A stretch of DNA of 40,530 nucleotides from a virus (IMGVR_UViG_3300044959_000025:1-40530); one strand, 5' to 3'; shown: positions 15,548-26,227, numbered from the stretch's first letter. Translations and numbers: made by a program. Notes: a model not told the origin generated them from the sequence alone.

Positions 15548-18500
15548 ACTGCCTCATACCGCGTGCAGGGTTGAAGTTCTCTATACGGAACTGGATGCCA
15601 AACTCGTCGCTGATGTGCTGCTCCAAGTTCACAATGCTCTCAACTATGCGAACGTTGACATCACGAATGCGGTTGGCTATCCAGTTCTGACCGTAACGCA
15701 GCGCTATCGGATCACGGCGCAGTATAGGATCACTGTTGAGTGCAATCATTGCTGAGTATAGGCTGTTGCGTTCATCACGCAATGGCTGCATGTTGTTGAA
15801 CCCACGTACTACTTGTTGCACAATAGCACGCATTGGTGCCTGATCTTGTGGCGGCAGGCGGTCCAACCAGTCATACTGCGTTTCAACAAACCGTTCACGG
15901 CCACTTCCCAACACGCCAGGACGTGTTACATCACGGCTGCCTTGCTGCAACTCACGCATCTTACGCTCGACGTCTCGCACGTATTCTGACGTGATATCAA
16001 ATGATGGCTGACTGCGTGGACCAGACAGTAGAGGTGCAGCAATAGTTACACGGTCACCAAACCGTTGCCCAATAATGTCACCCAATGCTGACAACGTGGG
16101 CCGTGCATCTTGCTGCAACCTGCGCTGTGCAGCCTCTAGGTCCTCTCGATCCATAAACATCGGCAGCACACGCGCGACAAACTGTCCAACACTGCCCCAA
16201 CTGTTCAACACATTGACAGCCCAGTTGGGCAAAGTGTCAGTGTATGTCTGACCTTCGAAGTATCCTCCTGCACCACGTCGTTCTGTTGGTTGCAGTGATG
16301 GCCGGATGCTGATGAAGTCACGCATGTCATAGCCTGCTGCACCAACTGCACTAGCAATGAGTGGCGGCGGTGCCAACTCACCCATACCACGTTGCAGTGC
16401 TTCCCACATGGTGTAGGTGTGACGCTCCTCAATCAGCCGACGCAGCAACTCACGGTTCTGCCGCATGCCTTCGGAGTAGAACTTTGGGTCATCTGCTCCC
16501 AACGTTGACAGCAGAATGGCCTGTGCAGCAGCAACAAGCGGACCCAGTGGTTGGTCATAAGGCACACGCAGTGCCTGCTCAATAGGCAGTCCAGGCAGGT
16601 AGAATGGCAGTGTGCCTGCTACACGGTGCGGTGCGTTGAACACCAAGTCCTGCACACGTGTAGGCTCTAGGCCGTTTGTAATGTCCTCCTCGTCTTGCAC
16701 CATGGCATTGTAGAGGGCTAGCGTGGTTGGTATGATCACGCTAGTAACCATAGCCATTGTCGTGCGCACTGGGTTCTCACGGAACATCTTGCCGTACTGT
16801 GCCAACCCCTGCTTCATGATGGTAGCATACATGAAGGTAGACTCTATGCCCTGCATGGTACGGTTAGCAGGACGCAGTGCAGGGTCGCCAGTAATACGAC
16901 GCACACGGCTGGTCAGCACACTAAGTGCCTGCTCACGTTCTGGCGAAGCCGTCCTTCGTGTAGTGGTAACACCACGGTCCTCAGGCCGCACGTTGTACAT
17001 GCGCATGTAGTCGTCGCGGTTGAGACGATACACCATAGACTGTGGCGACGACGCTATAATATCGAACGCTTCACGTGCAAGTTGCCACGTCTCCACAACC
17101 TTTGGACCAAGTGGGCTGCGGATTAGTGCATCGCCAACCAACTCACGCAGTTCACGTATGTTAGTGGGGAAGTACCAGTCACGTGGGCGTATTGCCTGAT
17201 ACGAAGGAGACAACGCCGCCACTGATGGAGGCGCACCACCTGTGAAGTCAGCACCAGTGATGGGGTTGTTGCCGATAGCACTCATACGCCGCATCTCGGC
17301 ATAGATGCTATTCTCGTATATGTCATCAAGACGGCGTAGCAGTGCTGCTAGTCGCTCACCACCAACCATCTTACGAACGAGGCTGCGACTAGACAGCAAC
17401 TCACGGCGGGTGATATCAGACAACACCCGCACACTCATTGCTGCAAAGTCTTGCGCCATCGCCCATACGATGCCTGGGTACATTGTAGGATCAAGCATGC
17501 CAAGGGTGAGGCGGTCATTGGTAAAACGGCGCAGCAGACGGTCCAACCTGCCAGTGGCCAGTCGGCTCATTGGTGCTGCAGTCATCAACCACGTGGTGTA
17601 GATGGCTGATATGGGTGCTTGCACGGGACCAGTCAGTGCTGCCAACACACCAGTCGTCAACTCCTGGCCCCACAGACGTGTGGTATTGAGAATGCCTCCT
17701 GTCATAGAGGGTGCACTACGCAGTGCCTGATACACTTCAGGCACATATATCTGCACACTGTACTGCTCACCATTCTCCCACCACCGCATAGTGTTGGCAC
17801 GGTCATCAGGTTCAGGCACCTTGCCACGGTGTATTGGACCGATGATTTGCTTGAGCAGTCGTGGAGCCTTCGTAGGCTCTAGCCTTGCAGCATTCTGAAT
17901 ACGCTCCAAGCCACGGATGACATTACGACGTGCACGGTTTAACTCCGTCTCCGTGATCATACGGATGTCGTAGTCAAGTCGAGCGTCAACATACGATTGT
18001 GGACGATCGGCCAGTCCACCTTCGCGGATGCGTCGCAGTGACATGTAGCCTGTGTGCACATCGTACGGATCGTAGTCAGGCACATAGTGAATGTTCGCAC
18101 GACGCCACTTTTCTGCCATGGCAGGAGTGATGCGTCCCGCCCGCACGAGATACTGTCGCCGACTCTCTGCCCATGCAGCATGTTCGTCAATGTACTCACG
18201 CACCTGCGGCGAACGGCGCATGATTGCTGCTAGTTCTCTCTCAATGTCAGCCAACGACTTGTGCGTCATACCGACACGAGCGGGTTCATTTGGTGCAATA
18301 CGTGATGTAGTGCCAGCCGCTGCGGCACGCTGACGGTTAGACAACTCATCCAACAATGCTTGCACCTGCACAACGTCTGCATGCAGTTCCGGCTGCTCAC
18401 GGATGAGTGTCTCCATGCGGTCCTGCAACTCACGTTGTGAGAACACCCTGCGTTGTGTGCCATCAGGCATACGGACTGTACGCAAGTCATACCCATCAGG

Positions 18501-19703
18501 CGCAATGCCCCGTCGCAGTGCTGCATGAGCACGGGTCTCACGCACGGCCCGTGCTAGCGTTGTTTGCAAGTCAGCATCCAACGATGCACGCTCATCAGGC
18601 GTGATGAACCCAGCCCGTTCAGCCTCACGCACAAATCCACGTGCTGCTGCAGTCTCGTCGATGACCTGCGTAGCCAGTCGCTCACCAATCGTAGGCCGTG
18701 CAATGTCCTCTGGTGGTGGATTGCCGATGGCAACAGTGTCACGACTGCGCAACTCTTCACGTGCTTGACGTGACGCCTGCTGACGACGGAAGCCTGAAAT
18801 GCCTGCACCTATTGCACCTGCTGCAACTAGTGCAGGTATCGCGTTGTCACGCACAATCTGTAGCCACGTGCGGTCATCTTGTTCAGGCTGCGATGGTGCG
18901 GTGCTGTAGAATATCAGCCGACCATCTGTTGTTTCAGCCCAATACCCATCAGGCCCACGCAGTGGGTCCGCCGAAGGCGCCGGCGAGGCATCACTACCAC
19001 CACCACCACCACCACTACCACTCACACCAACACCAGCACCACTTGCTGCTGCCATCGGCGCAGCAGTTGGTGTTTGTGGTGTAGGTGTAGGTGTAGGTGT
19101 AGGGGTTGTTTGTATTGTTGGTTGTGTAGGTGTTGTTTGTGTTGTTGGTGTTGTTGGTTGTGTACTCGCCTGCCCGTGTCCGGGCCGCACCAACTGCAGC
19201 GTGCCATCTGGCAACTCAATCCAGTAGTCATTGTCACCGGGTCGTCCTGCCAATGCATCAAGGCCACTGAATGCCAAGTCAACTGCAGCACCACCTGCAA
19301 TGTTTGCACCAATGCGTCCTGCAGTGAGGGGCACTGTGACAGGTGTAAGTGCTTCTGCAACATTGATTGCAGCACGCACGGGGCGTGGTGCCTGTGCAAT
19401 CGCAGCACCAATCTGTGCAGCACGAGGAATGAGACCAGCGGGCACACCTACTACACTGCCACCAATAATCTGCGCAAGCGCAGCACGCGGGTCCTCCGTC
19501 AACGACACGTCTTGTGTGCCAAGCAGGTTGTTGAAGAAGTCCCCCATGCGCATTGATATGTCAGCAGCACGTTCGTTGCCGAACATGCCTGCAATAGCAA
19601 ATGGTGCCTGTGGGACCTGCGTCACACCTCGCAGCATGTTGCGGAAGTCCCGCCAGTCCAACCCAGGCAGCATGCCTGCGCCAATGCGCACGTTGTCACT
19701 CAT
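15516..19703 (-). CDS. Large internal virion / DNA-ejection protein, T7 gp16-like by size and position (1395 aa)
   Basis: Last and largest gene of the late operon, after the nozzle and three mid-size proteins, as in T7 gp13-16. It contains a TP/TQ-rich and poly-Gly linker. Confidence 0.6.
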   Translation of the reverse strand: MSDNVRIGAGMLPGLDWRDFRNMLRGVTQVPQAPFAIAGMFGNERAADISMRMGDFFNNLLGTQDVSLTEDPRAALAQIIGGSVVGVPAGLIPRAAQIGAAIAQAPRPVRAAINVAEALTPVTVPLTAGRIGANIAGGAAVDLAFSGLDALAGRPGDNDYWIELPDGTLQLVRPGHGQASTQPTTPTTQTTPTQPTIQTTPTPTPTPTPQTPTAAPMAAASGAGVGVSGSGGGGGGSDASPAPSADPLRGPDGYWAETTDGRLIFYSTAPSQPEQDDRTWLQIVRDNAIPALVAAGAIGAGISGFRRQQASRQAREELRSRDTVAIGNPPPEDIARPTIGERLATQVIDETAAARGFVREAERAGFITPDERASLDADLQTTLARAVRETRAHAALRRGIAPDGYDLRTVRMPDGTQRRVFSQRELQDRMETLIREQPELHADVVQVQALLDELSNRQRAAAAGTTSRIAPNEPARVGMTHKSLADIERELAAIMRRSPQVREYIDEHAAWAESRRQYLVRAGRITPAMAEKWRRANIHYVPDYDPYDVHTGYMSLRRIREGGLADRPQSYVDARLDYDIRMITETELNRARRNVIRGLERIQNAARLEPTKAPRLLKQIIGPIHRGKVPEPDDRANTMRWWENGEQYSVQIYVPEVYQALRSAPSMTGGILNTTRLWGQELTTGVLAALTGPVQAPISAIYTTWLMTAAPMSRLATGRLDRLLRRFTNDRLTLGMLDPTMYPGIVWAMAQDFAAMSVRVLSDITRRELLSSRSLVRKMVGGERLAALLRRLDDIYENSIYAEMRRMSAIGNNPITGADFTGGAPPSVAALSPSYQAIRPRDWYFPTNIRELRELVGDALIRSPLGPKVVETWQLAREAFDIIASSPQSMVYRLNRDDYMRMYNVRPEDRGVTTTRRTASPEREQALSVLTSRVRRITGDPALRPANRTMQGIESTFMYATIMKQGLAQYGKMFRENPVRTTMAMVTSVIIPTTLALYNAMVQDEEDITNGLEPTRVQDLVFNAPHRVAGTLPFYLPGLPIEQALRVPYDQPLGPLVAAAQAILLSTLGADDPKFYSEGMRQNRELLRRLIEERHTYTMWEALQRGMGELAPPPLIASAVGAAGYDMRDFISIRPSLQPTERRGAGGYFEGQTYTDTLPNWAVNVLNSWGSVGQFVARVLPMFMDREDLEAAQRRLQQDARPTLSALGDIIGQRFGDRVTIAAPLLSGPRSQPSFDITSEYVRDVERKMRELQQGSRDVTRPGVLGSGRERFVETQYDWLDRLPPQDQAPMRAIVQQVVRGFNNMQPLRDERNSLYSAMIALNSDPILRRDPIALRYGQNWIANRIRDVNVRIVESIVNLEQHISDEFGIQFRIENFNPARGMRQFTPARPSPSQ
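18996..19013 (-). repeat. (ACC)6 on the plus strand, encoding Gly6 in the 1395-aa protein
   Basis: Counted directly. It corresponds to SGSGGGGGGS. Confidence 0.9.
19078..19101 (-). repeat. (GGTGTA)4 hexanucleotide repeat, encoding (TP)4 in the 1395-aa protein
   Basis: Counted directly. It corresponds to TPTPTPTP within a Thr/Pro/Gln-rich linker. Confidence 0.9.
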
Positions 19704-19714
19704 TGTGTTTGCCT

Positions 19715-20974
19715 CTACCGCTGCTGCTGCTGCTGCTGCTGCTGCTGCCGTTGCCGCTGCATGTATTGACGTGCCCGTTCGATCACTTCATCGTATGGGA
19801 CAGAGACAGTCTCTCTGTTGGGCTTTTCAATCACGATACGACGGTTCTCAGCCGTATGGAACCTAGAACCCTGCGGCAGTCGGCCCGCTGCTATCTCTCC
19901 AATGATGTATGTAGTTATCTGTTCATAGTTTGGCCTGCCAGGTTCAGGTGGCAGTACCCTCACCACGCTGCCAGTCTGACCTGCTATTCTTGCTTGTTGC
20001 AGTGCTGCAGCACCGCCAGTGCTCGGCGTGGCCGGTGGTGGGTTAGCACGTGCAACATTGGGTTGTGCTGCAGGTGCAGGTGTGCTAGCAGCCGGTGCAG
20101 GCGCGTTAGCGGGTGGTGTAGGCATCTCCGTTGGTGCTGCAGGTGGAAGTGTAAAGTCTGCAGGCGTGCTAGGAAGTGGTACATTACCAGGGCGAGTGGA
20201 TTCAAGCAATGCACGCTGATTGGCAATCGCAGCACGTAGTGCATCTACAGAGTTTTGCAGCCTTTCAAGTTCCTCGCGGTGCCCTGGAGGTGCACTACGT
20301 ATAACATCTTGGCTCAACATTACTCGTCCCTGAGCATCACGCTGTATTTGCTGTGTGGTAAGGCCTGCGTTAGCAGCGGCTTGCAGGAGTTGATGCTCTT
20401 GCCTAAGCAGATTGGCTTCCAGTTGCAACAACCTATTGCTTGCAGCAAACCACTGTGACATTGTAAACGCATTGCGATCCCTGCCAGCATTTGTTGCCTC
20501 AGCGCGCCTCTGTGCTGCTTGTGCAAGCGTGTTCTCAATATCAGCCTCTCGCCTGCGCACATCCAACCCAGGCAGTTGGCCTATAGTAGCCAACCCCTCA
20601 GGTGTAATCTGTTGACGGCTCAGGTTGAACAGTGATGCATAGGTTGGGTTCTGCAACGCAACACGTGTGACTTGCGCATCCTGTCCACGCCTAACAGTGG
20701 CATCAGCCATTGCCGCAACCTGTTGCTGACGCTGCATGGCTTCACGCAAGAAGTCAGCGTATGCATTTTGTGCAGCAAGTCGGTCTCCTAGCGCACCAAG
20801 ACGGTAGCCCACCAACATGTTGGGGTCACTGCCGCCAATGCGGTTGCCAAGAGTAATCTCTAGCCCAGAAGGTTGGAATGCACGGTAGTCAGGTATGGGA
20901 ATGCGGTAGGCAGTGCGCGGGCCAGTGCCGGTGACAGGCACAACATTAGCATTAGCGTCATCGTCATCGTACAT
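19715..20974 (-). CDS. Putative internal virion protein (419 aa) with a C-terminal poly-Gln tail
   Basis: Synteny with T7 gp14/gp15. Ala/Pro-rich segment. The C-terminus is QRQRQQQQQQQQQR. Confidence 0.55.
   Translation of the reverse strand: MYDDDDANANVVPVTGTGPRTAYRIPIPDYRAFQPSGLEITLGNRIGGSDPNMLVGYRLGALGDRLAAQNAYADFLREAMQRQQQVAAMADATVRRGQDAQVTRVALQNPTYASLFNLSRQQITPEGLATIGQLPGLDVRRREADIENTLAQAAQRRAEATNAGRDRNAFTMSQWFAASNRLLQLEANLLRQEHQLLQAAANAGLTTQQIQRDAQGRVMLSQDVIRSAPPGHREELERLQNSVDALRAAIANQRALLESTRPGNVPLPSTPADFTLPPAAPTEMPTPPANAPAPAASTPAPAAQPNVARANPPPATPSTGGAAALQQARIAGQTGSVVRVLPPEPGRPNYEQITTYIIGEIAAGRLPQGSRFHTAENRRIVIEKPNRETVSVPYDEVIERARQYMQRQRQQQQQQQQQR
19721..19747 (-). repeat. (CTG)9 on the plus strand = (CAG)9, encoding Gln9 at the 3' end of the 419-aa gene
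   Basis: Counted directly. It lies about 15-20 nt upstream of the start of the 1395-aa gene (19703). Confidence 0.95.
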
Positions 20975-20986
20975 GCCTAGTGCTCC

Positions 20987-21925
20987 TTAGAACAGGAAGC
21001 CGCCAGCGTTCGCACCACCAACTGGGTTGAAGATGCTGCCAAGGTTGTACCCTGCTCCAACAGTAGGTGTAGCATTCTGCCTACGCCATGTGCTAAGCAC
21101 ACTGCCGAAACCACGTAGGGCTTCACCGAACTGATCCAGGCGAACTGGCAGGTTGTATGCACTAGTGTTGTATTGTGCTTGCTGCGGATTGAAGCCTGCA
21201 GACTGTCCACCACGTGTAGCGAGCATGGCATCCAGACCTTGCGACACCTGACTGGGGCCACGGAATGCCTCACCTGCGTCACGTGCGATAGGCAGCAGCC
21301 TCGACAAGTCAGCCATGTCGCTCTGCCGTTGTGCTGCTCGCCGTTCCATTGCCATCGTTGGACCCATCAGACGAGCACGTGCCAATGCAGTACGTGTGCC
21401 AGCCTGCGCACCACGCCCTAGTGCATCAAGTGCTGCTTGCACAGACGTTCCTTGCCGTATGCCACTCATACCAAGCAGTCGTGCAAGGTTGTTGCGGCCC
21501 TCTACCGCCTCAGCAACGTTCTGCTCAGCGAGTGCAGCAGTCACACTGTCAGTGTCATCTCTGCGTGCTGCCATCTCGCGCATGATGCGATCAGCAAGCA
21601 GACTGGCAAGGCGACCACGACGGAACGTCTCAAGGTTGCGTTGTACACGGTCAATCTCATCACTCGTGTATGCTCGCCGCTCGCCAGCATCGGATGCACG
21701 TCCAATGTTGGCAGCAACCTCAGACGGCTCAAGTACCCAGCCTAGGCCAGGTACAAAACGGATGCGATCACCACGACCTGTCGTGATGCCCGCCGTGCCG
21801 AGTGCGCGTTGTAGTTCCAGTTGCTCACGGTTGATGCGGTTCTGCTCTCTAGCAGCACGGTTGCCACCCAACAGGCCCGCAAGTGAGCCACTTAGACTTA
21901 TTGCTGAACCAATGAGTCCAAGCAT
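20987..21925 (-). CDS. Putative internal virion protein (312 aa)
   Basis: Gly/Ala/Arg-rich with a hydrophobic N-terminus (MLGLIGSAISLSGSLAGLLGG). Called by synteny. Confidence 0.5.
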   Translation of the reverse strand: MLGLIGSAISLSGSLAGLLGGNRAAREQNRINREQLELQRALGTAGITTGRGDRIRFVPGLGWVLEPSEVAANIGRASDAGERRAYTSDEIDRVQRNLETFRRGRLASLLADRIMREMAARRDDTDSVTAALAEQNVAEAVEGRNNLARLLGMSGIRQGTSVQAALDALGRGAQAGTRTALARARLMGPTMAMERRAAQRQSDMADLSRLLPIARDAGEAFRGPSQVSQGLDAMLATRGGQSAGFNPQQAQYNTSAYNLPVRLDQFGEALRGFGSVLSTWRRQNATPTVGAGYNLGSIFNPVGGANAGGFLF

Positions 21926-22830
21926 TACAGCGTGCTCCCCAATCCGCGACGATCTTCTTCACTATTGCTGCGTTGTGGAGGCACGAATGCCGCTATGCGT
22001 GGGTTCTGCGCACCTTGCAGTCGGCCACCACGTGTCAGGATGTCACCAATGTCAAAGAAGGACTGACCAGCCAGTGCATTGTATGCTGCACCAGGGATGC
22101 GCTCATTCAGTGTGTCAAGGAATGACTGCTTCTGTGCAGCAAACGGTTCAAGTGAAAACGAACCACCTGGCATGTAACTCTCTGCAGCATTGCGAGCACG
22201 GTTGCGGATGCTGCCAAACTCGTCACGAAGGCCTTGTAGTGCATTAGCAACAAGGCTGCTAGCCTGCTGCCTGCCTGCTTTCTCCAACTCACCAATCCGC
22301 TGCAATGCTCCGGATATGCCCATCTCAGTCAGATTGCCACGTGCCTTAGCACGGTCTATAGCACTCAACGCTTCATCGCGTTGTGTGTTCAACACTCGGT
22401 CTATGATGTCACGTCCTGCAGTATCTGGAATGTACCGCCATTCAGCATCAGGACCAAACAGTGTGTCCACATCACGCAAGAAGCGCTGACGGCGATCTTG
22501 CGCACCTTGTTCTAGTGCAGCCTCAATCAGTGATGGACCAAAGTACTTTATAGGCTGCGTATCAGTGTCGGGCACAGCCTGTGCTGTACGATTGAGGGCT
22601 TGCTCGATCAGGCTCATGTAGTAGTCCTGATCGGGAATGCCTCGACGTGCTAGCATGTCAGCAGCAAGACGTCGAGTGTCCTCGATTGCCAGCGGCAGTC
22701 GCTCATTGCGCAGCGCACGGTCTGCTGCCTCACGCTCACGACGAAGGCGCTCAGCAATCTCTGCTTCACTCTCACGTGGAGGCGCTGGCTTGGAACGTCC
22801 ACCACGAAGCAGTTTTGATAGCCAACTCAT
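21925..22830 (-). CDS. Putative internal virion / structural protein (301 aa)
   Basis: 1-nt overlap with the downstream gene. Called by position in the late operon. Confidence 0.5.
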   Translation of the reverse strand: MSWLSKLLRGGRSKPAPPRESEAEIAERLRREREAADRALRNERLPLAIEDTRRLAADMLARRGIPDQDYYMSLIEQALNRTAQAVPDTDTQPIKYFGPSLIEAALEQGAQDRRQRFLRDVDTLFGPDAEWRYIPDTAGRDIIDRVLNTQRDEALSAIDRAKARGNLTEMGISGALQRIGELEKAGRQQASSLVANALQGLRDEFGSIRNRARNAAESYMPGGSFSLEPFAAQKQSFLDTLNERIPGAAYNALAGQSFFDIGDILTRGGRLQGAQNPRIAAFVPPQRSNSEEDRRGLGSTL

Positions 22831-22842
22831 GTCAAGCCTCCA

Positions 22843-23757
22843 TCACAAGATCACATTGGCAGACATTGTGAACGCTGCACCACCACTCAGCACAAAGCGA
22901 ACAGCATTGATGACTGTGCTAGAACTGCGATGTCCAGTGCCTTGACGGTGGTTCCAGCCATCAGTTGCATGCAGTGCGCGTGTAGTCCACTGTGCAGACT
23001 GTGCCCCTGCAATCCCTGATGACGTAACACCAGTAAACAGCCGCACAGAACCGTTGAAGTACTGTGGTGACGCAACAGGGATTGGTCCTGCCAGTTTCCA
23101 TCCTGATGCAGTGCTGCTACCTTCGTATACAGATGCAGCATTGTTCAGTACTTGATTTGAGTAGAGGTAGCCAGTGGTGAGGTAGGTTGCACCGTTGTTA
23201 GTTGACACTTGCAGCAGCAAGTCCTGTCCTGCAGCAGCCGGTATGAATTGGTCAATCTCAAAGTCAATGGTTGGACGTGCTGGCAAGTTAGGCACTTCCA
23301 GCACAGTAACAGATGTGCCAGACAACCTGCGTAGCACAAACTTGCCTACAGCCGGATGGGATGTGTCAATGAGCATGAAGCATGACGCAGTGGTGTTGTA
23401 CACCACAGTCATGACAGCATCGGCAACAAATCGCCATCCTGGCACATCTACTAGAGATGTCCCATTCCACTCACGAATAGGCGTTGCACCCTGGTTGTTG
23501 ACATTCAATGTTATCGTAGTGGCTGACGCAGATGCCGAAGCGTTCAGCCGCATGCGGAACACCTGACCATTAGCGTACGCGATAGTTTCAGTGAACGTGA
23601 GTGCATACGCTGTCGGTGATGGTCGTGTGGTTTGTGTAACCAGTAGCCGTTGCAACTCAGTGATTTCATCACGAGCATGTGCCAACTGGTTGCGCACTGC
23701 CGACTTAGAGACAGGCACATTGTCAATAATAACTGCTGGATTGATAGCGCTAGTCAT
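22843..23757 (-). CDS. Putative tail appendage / fibre-like protein (304 aa)
   Basis: N-terminal coiled-coil-like VRNQLAHARDEITELQ, then a beta-rich Thr/Ser/Gly/Asn sequence. Directly downstream of the nozzle gene. Confidence 0.4.
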   Translation of the reverse strand: MTSAINPAVIIDNVPVSKSAVRNQLAHARDEITELQRLLVTQTTRPSPTAYALTFTETIAYANGQVFRMRLNASASASATTITLNVNNQGATPIREWNGTSLVDVPGWRFVADAVMTVVYNTTASCFMLIDTSHPAVGKFVLRRLSGTSVTVLEVPNLPARPTIDFEIDQFIPAAAGQDLLLQVSTNNGATYLTTGYLYSNQVLNNAASVYEGSSTASGWKLAGPIPVASPQYFNGSVRLFTGVTSSGIAGAQSAQWTTRALHATDGWNHRQGTGHRSSSTVINAVRFVLSGGAAFTMSANVIL

Positions 23758-25538
23758 CGGCGCACGCCTCCAGGTATGAATGCAACATTGATACTGGCCA
23801 AGGCAAAGTACGTCATGGCATTGCCTTCAAACTCAAAGGAGGCACGACGAAACTTACTCGGCCAGTTGTACAACTGCATGTTGTTAGTAGGAGCATCTGC
23901 TTGTACCACGTTGCCACCAAGGCCACCAATGGATATCGGTACGTCCGACTCCGTGTTCACAGCGTCACCTGCTTCCGTGCCTAGCAAGTTGGTGTCAGGA
24001 CCAGCAGGAGTTGCTGTCACTTCAAACGTACTAGACAACGCCTCAGGTTCAATGAGGTCAATGTACATACGAACAGTGAGTTGCGTGTTAGGCGGTGGGC
24101 CTGCCATGCACTCCAACATCATATACCGCGAGTACTTGGCTTGCATAGGATTGCCGAAGTCTAGCCAAGGCGTTCGCAACCTAAATGGAATAGCAGTACC
24201 ACCAGTCAACCCTGTTCCACGCCAGCCCTTGCCGTCACCAAACAGTGTGCCGTCACTCCATGCTTCTTCGTTAGGAAGCAACTTGTCACGGTAAGGGAAC
24301 AGCACATTGCCTGTGTTGGAGTACCTCCACACCGTGTGGCCTTCAACAAAGAATATCTCACCTGCCCCACTCTGACACGCTGCACGGTAGGGCATGTTGT
24401 CCAAGTACCCCCACCGGTCAGCAGGTGTGACGCCATCTTTGATGAGTGTGTACACGTTGTTGTCTGTAGAAGGCACCACGTTGTTGGTCTTAGGCAGGAA
24501 GAACATCACGTGCCCATCAATGCGGTTGTGAACTGCGAACACATTATGTGTTACTGTAGCATTGTTGAGCCGCCGTATGGCACGCTGCATTGTGGTGTCA
24601 ATGTTTGTGCTGACACGCTTTGGTGAGAACTGACCTGTGATGATGGTGCGCTTCATGCTCTCCACACCGAGGCGCGACAACACCACTACGTCATCACCAA
24701 GTGACACAACACAACGCCCAGACAACGCACCAATGCCTTGCAGTCGGTCCTCTACTTCTGGCACATGGTCGTTGTTCTGGTACTCACCCAGTTTGACGAT
24801 CAGCACCTGTTCATCGAAGAATACCAACAACCGGTCACGGAACGATGACACTGCACGAATGACTGGCGAGCCAATATCTACGTATTGACTGCACGAGAAG
24901 TTGGTTGCATCGTTTGGTGGTGGGTCACCGAAGAACGTGCCCGCCGTGCCTTTGGCTCCAATGAACAGCGTGTCAGGCTCAAACTGCGTACCTGCAAGTA
25001 CTAGGTAGTTGTTGAATGTCGTGCAATGACGTGCGCGAGGCACGTTCACATTGCTGCCTGTAGCCAGGTCCTGCAGGTAGTTGACTTGGTTGAATGCATT
25101 GACAACAAGCGGCTTGTCAATGCCATTGACGATGATCAACTCACCAGCAAACTGTGTGAACTCTGCATACTCCGTGGTGCCCCAACCATTAGGCGACCCA
25201 GGACGGCTTTGTGCGATGTTTTCATCCCACAACAGGCTTACATCACCACCACGAGTGATGCGCCACACTTTGCCTTTGCGAGATACTGCAATGATCGCGT
25301 TGTTGAAGAACTCACATGCGATGAGTTGTTCATCAACGTCAGGAATACGTGCTACTTCGTGTGTGCCGTAACGAATATGTGCTACACCTTGTGTAGTGAC
25401 AAGGATGTTGCGCGCATCAATGAGGAACTTGCTCGGCAGGTTAAGTGCACTGTCCTCAGTATTCAACCCACCACTAAAGTCACGTGCTGTGCGTGTGACC
25501 AGTCGGTTGGTAGGCCTGATGAGGTTGCGCGTTATCAT
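23754..25538 (-). CDS. Tail tubular protein B / nozzle-like protein (594 aa)
   Basis: Follows the adaptor-like gene as T7 gp12 follows gp11. N-terminal ...RDFSGGLN... resembles podovirus nozzle proteins. Confidence 0.5.
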   Translation of the reverse strand: MITRNLIRPTNRLVTRTARDFSGGLNTEDSALNLPSKFLIDARNILVTTQGVAHIRYGTHEVARIPDVDEQLIACEFFNNAIIAVSRKGKVWRITRGGDVSLLWDENIAQSRPGSPNGWGTTEYAEFTQFAGELIIVNGIDKPLVVNAFNQVNYLQDLATGSNVNVPRARHCTTFNNYLVLAGTQFEPDTLFIGAKGTAGTFFGDPPPNDATNFSCSQYVDIGSPVIRAVSSFRDRLLVFFDEQVLIVKLGEYQNNDHVPEVEDRLQGIGALSGRCVVSLGDDVVVLSRLGVESMKRTIITGQFSPKRVSTNIDTTMQRAIRRLNNATVTHNVFAVHNRIDGHVMFFLPKTNNVVPSTDNNVYTLIKDGVTPADRWGYLDNMPYRAACQSGAGEIFFVEGHTVWRYSNTGNVLFPYRDKLLPNEEAWSDGTLFGDGKGWRGTGLTGGTAIPFRLRTPWLDFGNPMQAKYSRYMMLECMAGPPPNTQLTVRMYIDLIEPEALSSTFEVTATPAGPDTNLLGTEAGDAVNTESDVPISIGGLGGNVVQADAPTNNMQLYNWPSKFRRASFEFEGNAMTYFALASINVAFIPGGVRR

Positions 25539-26227
25539 ATCTCATGCCATTGGTCTGTGCCATATGGGGCACGTGGGTCGAGTGCCAACGCAGCATTGTC
25601 ATGCATACGCCGCAACTGATCCAGTCGGTCTATAAACGTACGCTGTGCAACTTCTACTTCTGCAACGTTGGCACTGTCCGATGCTGCATACCGCACCACC
25701 ACACCATTGATGAGGCAGATGTCATCAAATGGCACTGGCACAGTGTTATCTACAAACAAGTTTGGTGGGTCGGACCGCAGATGAATGTGCAACTCTGAAC
25801 CTGCAGGTGTCACTGCATTCAGTGGGTGTACACGGAACACCCTAGTTGCATAGTTAGGATGCGTCACTGGTAGTGGTTCAATAAACCGTGGGCGAGTGCC
25901 AGCAGTCACCAACTGTGAGGGCGACACACCTGCACCGAGTTGCGGCAATGGAAACGAGTCACGCCCATACCGTACCTCTCGAATATCACGGAACCCTTCA
26001 CGCAGCGCAGGCAGCGCTACAGTCACTTGCCCAGTAGTGCCATCCAACACACGTGTGTGCCATGACATGAGATGGTCCCACCACCGATCAGTGCGAACCA
26101 TCCCATACACCTCTTCAATCAACTCAGCGATGTAGTCTTCGCTGTACAACTGCGTGCCTAGCCCCGGCACTTGCCGCAACTTGCGGATGATGCGTTGTGT
26201 CAAGTCAGGCACAGTACGGAATGGCAT
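25535..26227 (-). CDS. Tail tubular protein A / adaptor-like protein (230 aa)
   Basis: Position and size parallel T7 gp11. ATGA-coupled to the nozzle gene. Confidence 0.45.
   Translation of the reverse strand: MPFRTVPDLTQRIIRKLRQVPGLGTQLYSEDYIAELIEEVYGMVRTDRWWDHLMSWHTRVLDGTTGQVTVALPALREGFRDIREVRYGRDSFPLPQLGAGVSPSQLVTAGTRPRFIEPLPVTHPNYATRVFRVHPLNAVTPAGSELHIHLRSDPPNLFVDNTVPVPFDDICLINGVVVRYAASDSANVAEVEVAQRTFIDRLDQLRRMHDNAALALDPRAPYGTDQWHEI

Noticed and set aside
19231-22247. Long plus-strand ORFs (19231..19866, 19601..20239, 21315..22247) opposite the internal virion protein genes
   Set aside because: These are antisense shadows of GC- and Ala/Arg-rich minus-strand genes. Their sequences are Arg/Ser/Cys-rich nonsense, with no RBS and no coupling to neighbours. 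The same reasoning applies to the minus-strand ORFs 5176..5814 and 2239..2850 opposite the early genes.
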